Assembly (NCBI RefSeq): GCF_009914755.1
Contig: NC_060927.1
Strand: one strand, 5' to 3'
DNA length: 64,000 nucleotides
Source: the human T2T-CHM13v2.0 reference genome, Homo sapiens
Positions 42,880-55,531 of this stretch are shown here, piece by piece; position 1 is the first letter of the stretch, and every line of letters begins with the position of its first letter. Made by a program: the position numbers and the translations under genes. The notes under the pieces are model-generated. The model made no database searches. It had not been told where the DNA came from and saw only the letters and a list, made by a program, of their open reading frames with translations.

Positions 42880-43965
42880 TTACCCAGATCTGTTCAACCC
42901 TGGGCATCTCTTCCTCCCAGCTGGATGCTCACCCAACTTGTTCTGCCTCAGTTTCTGGAGGAGCCTGACTCTATTTTTGCCCCCCTTGAAAGAAAGTACA
43001 GGACTGGGTTGAGGCAGCTGCTCACACTCACCAGAGGCCTCCATATCTTGTAGGCCACACTGGCTGCCATCAAGAGCTGGCAGTCCTGAGAAAGCAGAAA
43101 GCAGATGGTGAGGTAGAAGGAGCGAGTGATATGGAAGGGCACAAAACAGAGGGTGAAGAGGCCACACACCAGTAGGATGGTCCGGATGGACCTGGCTCGG
43201 GCTGTGTTGCCTGTCCTCATGAGGTTCTCCTCTGGCTTGATCAGGCTCCTGACCATCAGTGAATAGCACACCAAAATGACCAAGGAGGGAAAGAAAGCCA
43301 GACAATGTCAGAACTATGCCGTAGGCAAAAAGCCGATCAAAATTCTCTTGGCTGGTCATGTCATACCAGATCATCTGGCCATTGATGTAGTCCATGTGGG
43401 AGAAGGCCAGTGTGGGCAGCAGCTGGAGGACCACCAGGGCCCAGGTGGTGCTGGTGCCCAGCCAGGCATGCCTGCGGGTCCGGTAGGGCAGCGAACACAG
43501 TGGGTGGCACACACCTAGGAACTGGTGCACAGAGATGCAGGTCAGCAGCAGGATGCTGCCGTAAAGGTTGATATAGAACAGGAAGTGCACCAGCTTGCAG
43601 AGCAGCTCCCCGAAGGGCCACCTGTCATCTAGTGAGTAGGTGATGATGAGGAAGGGCAATAGCACATAAAGCAGGTCGGCCACCATCAGGTTCACCAGAT
43701 AGGTGGTGGCACAGCTCCAGCGCTTGGTTTGGCCCCAGGAGTGCCACAAGACAGTGCCATTTAGTGGCAGCCCTAGGATAAAGATGATACTGTAGGCCAG
43801 GGAGAGGTAGACTTGCTTGTACTTCTCTGAGAACTGGCAGAGACCTTGTTCCTGTGATGTATTCATGTCCACCTTCTCCATGTCCCGGGAGGCTCCCTCC
43901 AGGAGCAGAGCTCCACGACGGCTCCCGCTTCTGCTTCCCCTGGAAGGAAGCAAAATGGACAGCAT
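42880..43965 (-). pseudogene. GPR79: Intronless P2Y-purinoceptor-like class A GPCR pseudogene
   Basis: TM1-TM5 in the 361-aa ORF (GLPLNG, YLVNLMVADLLY, WPFGELLCKLV, YGSILLLTCISVHQF); TM5b-TM7 in another frame (ILVCY, CFVPFHITR, YKIWRPLVSVSSCLNPVLYF); frameshift at ~43290. Symbol from the recalled P2Y-like pseudogene at 3q25. Confidence 0.88.
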
Positions 43966-45299
43966 AACATCATGACCTCAGCATGGCATCAGCCTCTGCC
44001 CCAACCCGGCATTCAACTTTGTCCCCCAAAGTCTAGTCAGAGGCCTTGTTTAAAAGAGACCAACCCCAGGAAAATAGAGTATTCAACAAGGGCCAAATAA
44101 TCTTCCAAAGCTGGGCGTCTAGACTTACCAGGTCCAAAGGGTTGGCCTTACATGGACTTGTATGCTGTCTACTCTAGGCTGGGTTGTGATAGAAATGGTG
44201 GTGGGATGACACTGTCATTTAAACAGGGTACTCAGAACCTCCAGCTCTGTGTCTCCTCCTGCTAGAATCCATTGCATAGAGTCAGAAAATCTCCAAGGGG
44301 AGGTATTCTAGCCAGAAAAGCAGGTATATTCCCAGGGGCCGAAACTGCCCACAATTTGGTCCTAACCACATAGGCCATAGTAGAGTAGCAAGTGACCCTT
44401 GGGGATTAGAGAGGATTAGGGAAAGCCCAGGTTTTGCCTACAGGCTCTGCTGGAGGATTTTGATTTGTATCTCTTTCAGGATTTCTTAACTGAGTATTTG
44501 AATACTGGGGCTGATTTGCTTATTAACCATCTTAGCATCTGAGCATCCAAGAAAACAAATCTGAGCCATGAAGCCAGGTGCAGCTTCTTCCTTATTCCTT
44601 CCTTGCTGACAAAGTAGATGCAATAGGTGGGCCCAAGTAGCTAAGGAAGCCGTGTGCAGAGCCTGAAGGGGTGCCAGTGTGTGGGCCAGCCAATCAGCAT
44701 GGAGCCCACGGGAACTGAAAGATGTTTAATTCTGGGGCTTCATACTAGAAACTTAATATTTAGAAAGACAGGTTAAAACAAGGGAAGAGAGAAAAGCATA
44801 AGTTAGGTAATTTTGGGGATAAGTTGAGTGTTGCCTGCAAACTATGGTATAGACAGAACCAAAGAAACAGAGACTTAATTAACTCTGTCAATCAACATTT
44901 ATTGAGCATTTGTTGAGTCAGGCACTGGGAACATGAAGATGAATAAGACACAGCTCTTGCTTTCCAGGAACTCACAGTCTGGTGGGGGAAGACATAAATG
45001 GATACAGCTGATTGTAAAATGATGTGAAAAATGGTCAACAAAGTGCTGTGAAAATCAGCAGGATACAGCCAATTCTCCCCTGAGGGAATTGAGGGCAGGC
45101 TTCTTAGAATAGGCAGCATTTGAACTGCTTGGGAGAAGAAACATGAGCTTGCTAGCAGAGACGGGTGAGAGGCATTGGGTAGGGGGACTGCACACCCAAG
45201 GGAATGGAAGCCGAAAGGGCACAGTGTGTCCAGGGAGGGCAGGAGAGTCAGCCGCTGTAAGGAGGATGTCTTAGCAGGACAGTGATGGAATATGGCTAC

Positions 45300-45815
45300 T
45301 GTGATGGTTAGTTTCAGGTATCAACTTGACCGGGTTAAGGGATACCCAGGTAGCTGGTAAAGTGTTATTTCTGGGTATGCCTTTGAAGGTGTTTCTGACA
45401 GAGATTAGCCTGTGAGTCAGTGGACCGAGTAAGGAAGAGCCACCCTCACCCAGTGTGAGCGGGCACCATCCAATCAGGTTGAGGGCCTGGATAGAAAGAA
45501 AAGGCAGAGGAAAAGCATATTCACTGTTTCTGCTGGAGCTGGGACACTCTTCTCCTGCCCTTGGACATCAGAACTCCAGGTTCACTGGCATTTGGACTCT
45601 GGGACCTGCACCATCTGCCCTCTGGGTTCTCAGGCCTTCAGCCTCAGACAGTTACACCATTGGATCCCCTGATTCTGAGGCCTTTTGACTCAGAATGTGC
45701 CACACCGCCGGCATCCCTGCTTCCCCCGCTGGCAGATGGCATATCGTCGGACTTCTCGGCCCCATAACTGCTCAAGCCAACTCCCATAGCAAATCCCCTC
45801 TCCTGTATCTGTATA
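45300..45815 (+). mobile_element. MLT2-family (ERVL) LTR
   Basis: TGTGATGGTTA...tcaacttgac...ggatacccag...tatttctgggt start. Confidence 0.8.
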
Positions 45816-46937
45816 GGAAGTATAGATGGCAATATGGTCCTGGGCCTGGAACAGAGAGAGTGACTGGTCAGACCAGTGTGGGGCTGTTGAAGTGCACGCA
45901 GGTGACAAATGACCAGCATCCCAAGCAAGCCCATGCAGGGTGGATGCAGAGCAGGAGATGCTGCTGAGGCAGGAGTGACGGGCCTCATTGGATGTGAGGC
46001 ATGAGCCAGATGAGTTGAGGGTGTGTCTGAGCTCTACAATGTTGATGACTGTGTGGGTGGTGAGGGTCTGAGGTGAGCACCAGGCTGAGGACTGGAGTTC
46101 TGAGGTTGGTGCGGGGGACAGTGGCTCTCCATGAGGTTGGTGCAGGGGACGGTGGCTTTCCATGCCTCAGCCTGCTGAGGGGCTCACCACCCTGCTCCCT
46201 GGCTTTAAAATCTGGAGAGCAAAGCTTTTATGGCTGGGCGAGTAAAAAAGCTGTTTTCATTCATTTTGTACCCTATAATTTGTTCATCTGGGGGGCTGGA
46301 AAATGCTTAGTAATTTCTGGTGAAGCTGCCTTCCCATCTCCGTGTTGGCTCTTGGAGGGAAGCCGAGGCGGGAATCCACCATGATTTAGCACTGGCTTGG
46401 GTCTGGCAGTCCACCCACATGATCTTACTTAATCCTCAGAACAACCTTGTGAGCAAAACATTATTACCCCTGTTTTATGATGAGGAGATTGAGGGTCAGA
46501 GAATCCTCTAGGGCCTATTAGGACCCCTAGTCTAGTAGGCAGTACTCTGATCTGGCCCATGGGCTAATGCCCTTCAAAGGACTGTTTTGGGGTAGTGAGA
46601 AGTGCTCAAATCCCACCTGTGCCAGGAACAAGTATGCCTTCTAAAGCGCTCACCATATCTCTGAGCCATGATTTCCTCAGCTGTTGTAAAATGAGACAAT
46701 CCCTTTCTGGGGAGACTGCTGTGAGAATTACCTAGAAGAGAGGCAAGTGCCCCACAGGGCTGCCACGAGGGAGAGAACCCACACATTTTCTCTTTCCCTC
46801 TCTTCCCTCTGCCTCTTTTAGAGACAGTGGTACCCTGGAGACCTGAGCTCTTTGGTTTATGTGGCTGGGTGGGAGGGCAGGTGTGGCTTTGCTACCCCAG
46901 GATGGACAGGGTCACTTTATCCCTGTCTGTTACTGTC

Positions 46938-47482
<545 letters not shown>

Positions 47483-47819
47483 TTAGCATTTAATATTTTA
47501 TCTCCATCTGGAGAATATCTTGAACAAATGAAACCATTTGATGGAGTCTCATAAATGCCTTCAGACAGTAAAAGTTTGTTTTTATAAGTTTTTAAAAATA
47601 ATAACTGTTGATTCATATGTACAATTCTTAATTTGCAAAGATGAACTAGGGACTTATTTACATCACAGCATAATTACTTGATTTTTAACAGGTTTATATA
47701 AGGGGGGCCCCCTGTGTACAATTAATTAGGTGGTGGATTAAAGTAGCAGGTGGTTTTTTTGGAATTAATTTTCTAACGTGCTTCAAATCCACTGGATAAC
47801 TTGATGTTATTTGTCCACC

Positions 47820-47838
47820 TGACCACTAGGTGGCAATA
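47820..47838 (+). promoter_or_regulatory. CTCF motif
   Basis: TGACCACTAGGTGGCAATA matches core CCAC(C/T)AG(G/A)(T/G)GGC in non-repetitive DNA. Confidence 0.7.
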
Positions 47839-48460
47839 AAGACCAACAGGTTACAATCCCTCCCGCTACCTGCTGCCCCGCCTCAACCCCAGAAATGGAA
47901 GCCAGAATTAGGGTCTTGTCCAGGTATAGCAGCTGTGAAAGAGATATGATTCATTGAAGACATGTAAAAAAATCCCACCGATCAAAGAATCTCCTATTGG
48001 TCTGTTGTCTGCAGTTACTATGTTAGGTTCACACAAAGGAATAGAGTGTAGCCAGTTGAAAGCTGCCTGTTGGGATGATTCTTCAGACTATCCCGTGAGA
48101 TAGGCATGGCAGGCACCTTTCCCCCATTTTACAGCTGAGGAAACTGAGGTTCAGAGAGGTTAAGTAGAAGTCATGTCTGTGGTGATTTGGGGAAAGCCTG
48201 GACTTTTTACAAAGCAAAGATTCAGCAAGTTCCCAGATTTCCGGGGAATGTTTTCTTACCTACTTGTCCCTCCAGTGCCTGTCACCACCACCTGGAAGAA
48301 GAAAGACATGGAAATAAAATAGCAAGTCATCTCTCAAGTCACTAGATATAGCACCTCTGTCATAGATGACAGAACCCTAGCTCAAAAAGCATGATCTGGA
48401 GATAATAAAAAGAAAGATAATATATAATATTAAAATAAAAACTGACAAGAGTGAGACCCC

Positions 48461-48540
48461 TCTCCCATCCAAGTACTAACCAGGCCCAACCCTGCTTGGC
48501 TTCTGATATCAGGCGCATTTAAGGTGGCATGGCTGTAGAC
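48461..48540 (-). pseudogene. 5S rRNA pseudogene (nt ~1-90, 3'-truncated)
   Basis: Reverse complement reads GTCTACAGCCATGCCACC...GGGCCTGGTTAGTACTTGGATGGGAGA, matching human 5S with a 10-nt internal deletion. Confidence 0.9.
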
Positions 48541-51500
48541 ACATAGCAACCCTATACTCAGTTTAAGATATACCTTGAGTCTGATCATAAACGGCACTGA
48601 TGTTAGCTTTTTAATGATTTTGTATTATATTTTTACAACGTAGGCTTACATTTTCTCTGTACCTGGGCCCCTCTTCCATGTTTGAATTGTCCTGAAATAT
48701 GGGAATCCAAGGGCTTTTATTTTTTCACAATCAAAGCAAATTGGGTTCTTTAAATAATTTAGAAGACTTTCTAGAGACAGTGAGTACTTAATTTCAATAA
48801 TTAATTTGTACAGCAGCTTGCACATTTTTGTGTTCTGTTTACAAGGATCTGACACAAGTTCAACTTTGTGTAAACAGGGAGTGATTGGGAAACTTGTATT
48901 GTCACAGCAGAGAAGGTGGCTGCTCTGAAATCAGTGTGACTCTGGAAAAATAATTACTACCTTTCTCTTTTTAATCCGTATGTACATTTGTGTGATACCC
49001 CAAATTGACTCTGAAATCAGAATTTTTAAACTCAATTAATGATGTGGTAAAAATAGCTGTAGCTATATTGTCCTGTAGTTGTGAAAGCCCATCACTGCCT
49101 CTAGGCTCAGGACTCTGAAAGGGGATTTTGAAAAAATCTTTTTCCTTTTACTTTCATTTAGCATCAAAGATCTTTAAATGCATCATGACTGAGTCTTTCC
49201 TGTGTGCTGTGTATGAAGAAATGTAAAAAGCTGGTTTGGTTTGGGGCAAGATAAGATATCAGTTGCAGAGCCGGGGGCTCCAGGAGTCGTGGCAAAGTTG
49301 CCTAAGGCATCTGCAGAGTAGGGGCTGTATCCCAGGACCCCTCCTTTGATCTGGTCTTACCCTCAGGCAGCATGTTCCCCTGACAGCCTGCCTGGAAAAT
49401 GCTACTTACAGTGCTAACACCCTGGTGTGCTGCCCACCATCAGAGCTTTCTTGTTGCTATAGGATTTCTGGGGTGGGAGGGTGGTGCTGGCGGGGGAAGA
49501 ATCTACAGCAGCTCTGGACACTCAACATGTTGGGGAGGAGGGAGAACCATGCTGTCTTAGCCTGAGTCACCCAGAAAGCAGAGCCAAGGCTGAATGGGCT
49601 ACCGTTTTATTGGAGAGTGTAATCCGAGGGAGCAGGAGTGAGGGACAGGGGAATGACCTGTTGAAGGCGGGAGAACCAAATGTGAGGATTTGAAGATGCA
49701 TTATTGAGTTGGCCCACACCCAAGGCAACTGAGTGCTCAATCCCAAGGGACGGTCCTCTGAGAATCTGAAACCTGCATCTCCTGTGTCTCAGGAATCGAT
49801 TGTGCCTCATATCCTCAGGCACAGGAGAGGGAAGCATTTATCCAGCAGCTCCTGTCTCCTTCTGGCCAGGCCCACACTCCCTGGATGAGCTTCAGGGCTG
49901 CTCTTCCTGCAGGGGCTTTGAGAAAGTTCTCCTCCAAAGGGGGCTGTGACAGCGGGTGCATGGCACATCCTGTGAGAACAGAAGAGGATCAGAAAGAGAA
50001 GACACACTTAAAGAGAGAGGATTTCCTTTGTCACGGACCCTATTTTACTTTTGCCCTTTGAAGTATTAATCCCTCCCTCCCCACATACTCCTGGGTGCCT
50101 CTTCATGGGAGATGAAGGGTTCATGCTGTATCTGGCCCTGGATAGTTTCATGGGAAGTGATTTTTCCAGTTTCTTTTTACTGTTATTTTTTCTATTGACT
50201 TGTCTATCTTTTGGTTATTGATTTCTAGGAGTTTTAAAAATATATTTTGGGTAAAAGTCTTTACATTACACATTACAATAATTTTTTTCCTACTCTGTGC
50301 CTTACCTTTTCTCTGGCATAATGGTATATATGTATTTTTTTTTGAGGATTGGAAGTTCTTAATTTTAATATAGTCCAAATTATCAATTTTTGTTTTATGG
50401 TCCTACTTTTTGTATCTGGTTTAAGAATCTTTCTCTACCTTGGGGTCATAAAGATATTCTGTGTTACCGTAGGGAAGCCTTTCCCCTTTAGATCAAATTG
50501 ATTTGGACCACTAAAGTGTTTAGTGTTTGTGTGTGTGTCTCACCAGCTCTGTGTGTGTGTGTAAGAAAAACAGAGAAACCTGCTCAAATTTGCATATTGA
50601 AAAAATATCACTCTGCTGTTTGGAGAGCAAGGAACACTGGGAGATGAATTAGGAGGCTATTGCTCTAGTCTGGAAGATAGATGAGGAATAGGTGGGTATG
50701 TAGGGGGCTAATGAATATGACTTGGTGATGAATGAAATATGTGGGTGAGGGAGGGCTTAAAGACTACCCCTAGCAACTCTTCTGCTGCTATCAACCAATG
50801 CCTTCATCTTTCTTCTATTATTTCATTGCTTTCTTCTAAACACTTCCTGTTTCTTCCTTGCCTCTCCTGACTCTGACTTCTCTCTGAGCATCCTTTGTCT
50901 TCTGCTCCTGTTGCAAATTACTAACTGCAGGCAGAGCCAAAGAAATTTTCCCAAGACACTGATTGGCCCAGGTAGTCAGCATTATTTCTGTTTGGGTAGG
51001 ACAGCACAGCCAGACCTCTCACAGGCAGTAGGTCAGCACACATATTAACTGGCTGGGTGGCCCCTTCACTATGGCCAGAGGCTGGTGTCATGGGGCTCAC
51101 GGAGTTAATGAGCAGTGCATACTTGATGGAGATGAACATTCAGGGTTGCTCTGTCTTTAGGGTCTTTCAGAAACATAGTTCCCCTCAGAAGGGGGCTGTG
51201 AGTAACAGGTGCATGGCATGTATGGAAGAGCAGCAGAAAGAGAAGATAAACTCAAGAGGGCAAATTTGCTTTTTCACTTTATGTTTTTAAATAATGTCTA
51301 AATTATGAACTTGCTTTCTGAAACACATACTTAGAAATTTCTCATGACTCTAAAACAAATGTGAATAGCAAATATAATATTTGAAGCTGGCCTCCAACAC
51401 AGAGAGTTTCATTTATTAATAGTATGCCAGTCAGAGCTTTGGCTCTGAGATATTTTGTTCATGCATAAACCATATATTTGAATTGACAGTACTATTAATG

Positions 51501-54449
51501 ATGGAATGCAGTTATGTATATTATGGTAAAAGAGCAAAGTGTGTATTTTTGAATCCGATTATATACAAGACAGATTAAAAACAGTACTTTTAGAAAATGA
51601 ATATAACCCTTGATTTCCTGTTCAGTAAAACATGTCAATGGGGAGGTCTCTGAAAGCCTTACAGTGAAATATGAGGGGAAGGTGTGGAGTTGCAAGGGGT
51701 TTCATTTAAACACAAGGCTCGTGTATTAATATTTTCATTGATTTATTTTCCTGCCAATATGTTCTGACATAAATATGGTGATCTATAATGTATCGACCAT
51801 AAATGTCAACATTATTTTTAAAGCTGACTCAGGGAAATAAAACCTCATTGTTAGTGCTGATATATACGGTATGTTATCCTGTTGAAAACTTAACCCCTCT
51901 TGTCCTGCTCCCAACTGAACTAAATAAGAGGTAAGCACTTTGACAGCTGCTGACCTTTTGTGCATGTTTTGCCCTATGGCCAGTGCCTGGTTTGCAATGG
52001 GATTGGCCCATGATGTGAAGTAAAGGGCAGCACATATTCAACACTCTTCAGAGAAGACTCTGCCAAGAATGACAAGTGATCAGCAAAAATCTTTGCATTT
52101 TAGAGGATCAAAAGGCCCGTGAAACTTTTCTGGACACATACCATGGAGCCCATAACCTGTATCGTTGTTGAACAGTGAGAGCAATGACAAGAGGAGAAGT
52201 GGTGCAGAGGCCCCAGCTCAGAGGGGAGATGTGGAAAGCATCAGCCATGGATGCTCACAGAGAAAAGCCTGAGTCTGGGATGCCAGAAGCAAGGGCTGCA
52301 CACCCTGTCTTCTGCACAAACCAACCACAACAGTGATTTGGGCTTCAATAAAATAATCACTACGAAATGAAAATCGAGCCAAGGAGAATTTAATTTAGTG
52401 GCATAGGAAAGAATGCTAATGAGACCTGGGGGGATCTGGATGACCTCTCCTACTTAGTTTCAGGACAGTATAAGTTTGGTAAAAATAGCAAAATACTGAG
52501 AATTTTAAAGCAAAAGGGGCCCCCAGGTGCCAGGCAGGTGTAGTCACTTGATAGATGAAGAAACTGTTAAACCCAACAGGTTAAGTAAGTGATTTATCCA
52601 TGGTCAAATAGCTGGTTAGTGGCTGAGCTGTGTCTGGAATCCAGATTTCTGGTTCTCTGTCTAGGGCTCTTTCTACTCCACGTTATCACTTAGAAGCCAT
52701 GACTGTACAGCCATGACTGTACACATACGTGGAGGATATCCACAGGACCACTTGAATTTGGTTCTAATCCACCCCTGCACTGCAACTGATCTTGTCAAGG
52801 CTCCCCGTGGCCTCCATGTTGTCAAATTCTGCGGAAACTTTCCTGACTCATTTAAACCTCTAATCAGTGTATTCTGCAGTTGAGCACTCCTTGAAGCAGT
52901 CTCTTTTCTTGCTTTCTCCATTAGTTAGGACTTTCTTGCTGATGAGAAAAACCCAGGCCAAATGCAGCCAGGCAAAATGATAATCCATTGGCTCATATAC
53001 TCAAATTTTCCTGGTGAGGGTGGCTTTAGGTATGGTCTCATGCCAGAGCTCAGATGGTGTAGCTAGGACTGCTTTTTGTCTATTTCTTGGCTCCATTTTC
53101 TCCAGGTTGGTTCCATTCTCATACGTGCTTTACTCTCCCCTCATGGTGACAAGATGGCTGCTATGGATTCTGCTCTCATTTACTTACGTGCCAACCCAGC
53201 AAGAAAAATTACACCTCAGCCAGCAAGTCCTGGGATTAGTACAGACTGGGTCTTTTATCTTGTCTTAAGCTCCGTGTTCATCACTGAAGCAACTGCTGTG
53301 GCCAGAGTGATGGAATACATTGATTGGCAAAGTCCTTAGTCAAATTCTTCAACCCTAGACCTATGGGAGAATTAGTCTCACCCAAATCTCGTGTATTTAG
53401 AGTGAGAGAAAGGCAGTTCCCCTAAAGAGTATTTGGGTTTCTGTTACCACAAAAAAGGGACTGAATACTGGGAAGCAGAAACAACAAATGCCCATAACTT
53501 CTCTTACATCACACTTTCCTGTTATACCTCCTACCTCACTCTCTCAGTCCTGCTCATGGTGTCACCCTCCTCAACTGGCCTCTGATGTTGGAATTCCTCC
53601 GGGTTCAATTTCAAGCCTTCTTCCCTCCCATGTCTATACTTGCCCCCAAGGCGATTTCATCCAGTGCATTGTGAGAGGAGAAGTTTATTGTAGCCCAAGG
53701 CACTTTGAGTCAACCTTGGCTAAGGTTGTAGTTGAAATTGTAGGCCATATAATTTAATGATAAATAATTTAATGGGAAATCGTGAGAGGAAGAAAGACTG
53801 TTGACACAAGTGTATTTGAGAATGTGAAGCACTGAGCTACTCCTTATCGTTTGCTCAAAAGATAAGGAACGCAGTTGAGGGATATTTACAAATAGTTACC
53901 ATAAAGGCACAAAGAATAAAGTATATTAGCTAGATGGGCTAAAAGTCCTGTTAAGGTTAGATCTCTATATACTTGCTCTTCTCATTGTAAAATTGAATTT
54001 GTGGCTGATTTATTTGCTGGAAAGGTAAAGGGATTTCCTGGGATGTTTCCCTTCTTTCTTACAGAGGTTTATTGTAATCATCTATGGAATATAATCTTTG
54101 ACCATGAGGCTATGGTTACTGCAAAGTTTCTTTTAAATATTCGTTGTGGGGAATTGCATTTATTCACTTTGTGTGTGTTATAAGACATTGTATATATTAG
54201 AGTATGTCTAGGGTAGGAGATTGCATTCATGTACTTAGGCTGCCATGTGCCCACCAACACTGCAAACGACATCACTGACTTTATTCCTTAACTCCTTTTC
54301 CACATAAATTCATAAATCCAATTTCTAGTCAGAAACCATCAAGCCACTTTATCTTGGTTTTCTCATTATAGGTTTATTTGAGAAAAATAAGCTTGTGATT
54401 CTAGCAAACACAATTTCTAAATAGTATAGGAAACTTCCTTTCTTCACAC

Positions 54450-55030
54450 CATTTATGTCTTGACAAACCCCTAATTCATATCCATAGCTCTGTTCTGTCC
54501 TCTGAGCTCCTGACTCTTATATAAAATTGCCTGCTTAGCACCACCTGGATACTTTACAGATTTCACTGACTTAATATGGTCACAAGTGAACTCCTAATTT
54601 CCTCTATTTTTCCTCCCACTAAATTTGCCACTCTACTCAACATTGTTTGTCATTTCAGTAAATGGCACTCTTATGTATCTAGTCATTCAAGCAAAAATCC
54701 TAGAAATCATTGTCTATTTTTCTCTTTTTCCTGCTCTCACATCAGTCCATCACAAAGTCCTTTCAAATATCTGTTAAACCATCCACTTCTGTTCACTCAC
54801 TGCATCACCTTGGTCTTTGCCACTGTGACCTCTTGCATGGCCCTCTTCCATGGTACTCCTCACTGGTCACAATGCCCCCTTCTATCGTACTTCAGCACAG
54901 CAGCGATGTTCATAGAAATGAAGCACAAGTCAGACCATGTGCCCTTCTAAGCTCCCTATTGTTCTTTGGAATAAAATGCAAATGTCTTCCCGTGGACTGC
55001 AAGGTTCTGTGTCATCTTGTTCTTGCCATA
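54450..55030 (+). mobile_element. L2 fragment
   Basis: ctctgagctcc..actc..tata..aattgcctgcttagca..ccacctggat pattern. Confidence 0.6.
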
Positions 55031-55531
55031 TTCCAACCTTGTCTTGTCTACTCTACTTTTCAGTTGTGGGGACACACCCACACCGGCTGCCTGCAGTATA
55101 TGAGGTGAGGTATGATTTGGAAACTGAACACATAGACACACAGACACACAGACACGTACACACACAAACCCCACCCTTATTGGTATAGTCAAGGCCCAGA
55201 AACTTCTGAGAAAAAGGATGGCCACAGAGGATGGGAGCAGATGCAGCATATTTTCATAGTGCTTTTTTTCTCATTGCTAATTCCTCATTGAGATGTCTGT
55301 GCTGAGCAGAATAGGGTCTTGCTGGTTCTAAGAAACAGCCAGATTTTTGCTGTACCCCAAGTATTTTATATGTAAGACACACATCAAGACTTAGCTTAGT
55401 GTTCTATGTACTGTCTCCTTACACTTACCTGATTTGAACCAAATTCAGCATCAGCCAAGCCACATCCTTGTTGGAGGAGAGTCAGTATTCAATTATGTAG
55501 GAAAAATATTTCTGCCTCTAGCTATCCAGAA

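Noticed and set aside
43287-43299. UUU_C / CUU_U at the GPR79 frameshift as a programmed +1 frameshift site
   Set aside because: Lacks the UCC_UUU_CG context of known +1 sites, and loss of Arg3.50 and the ECL2 Cys argues for decay
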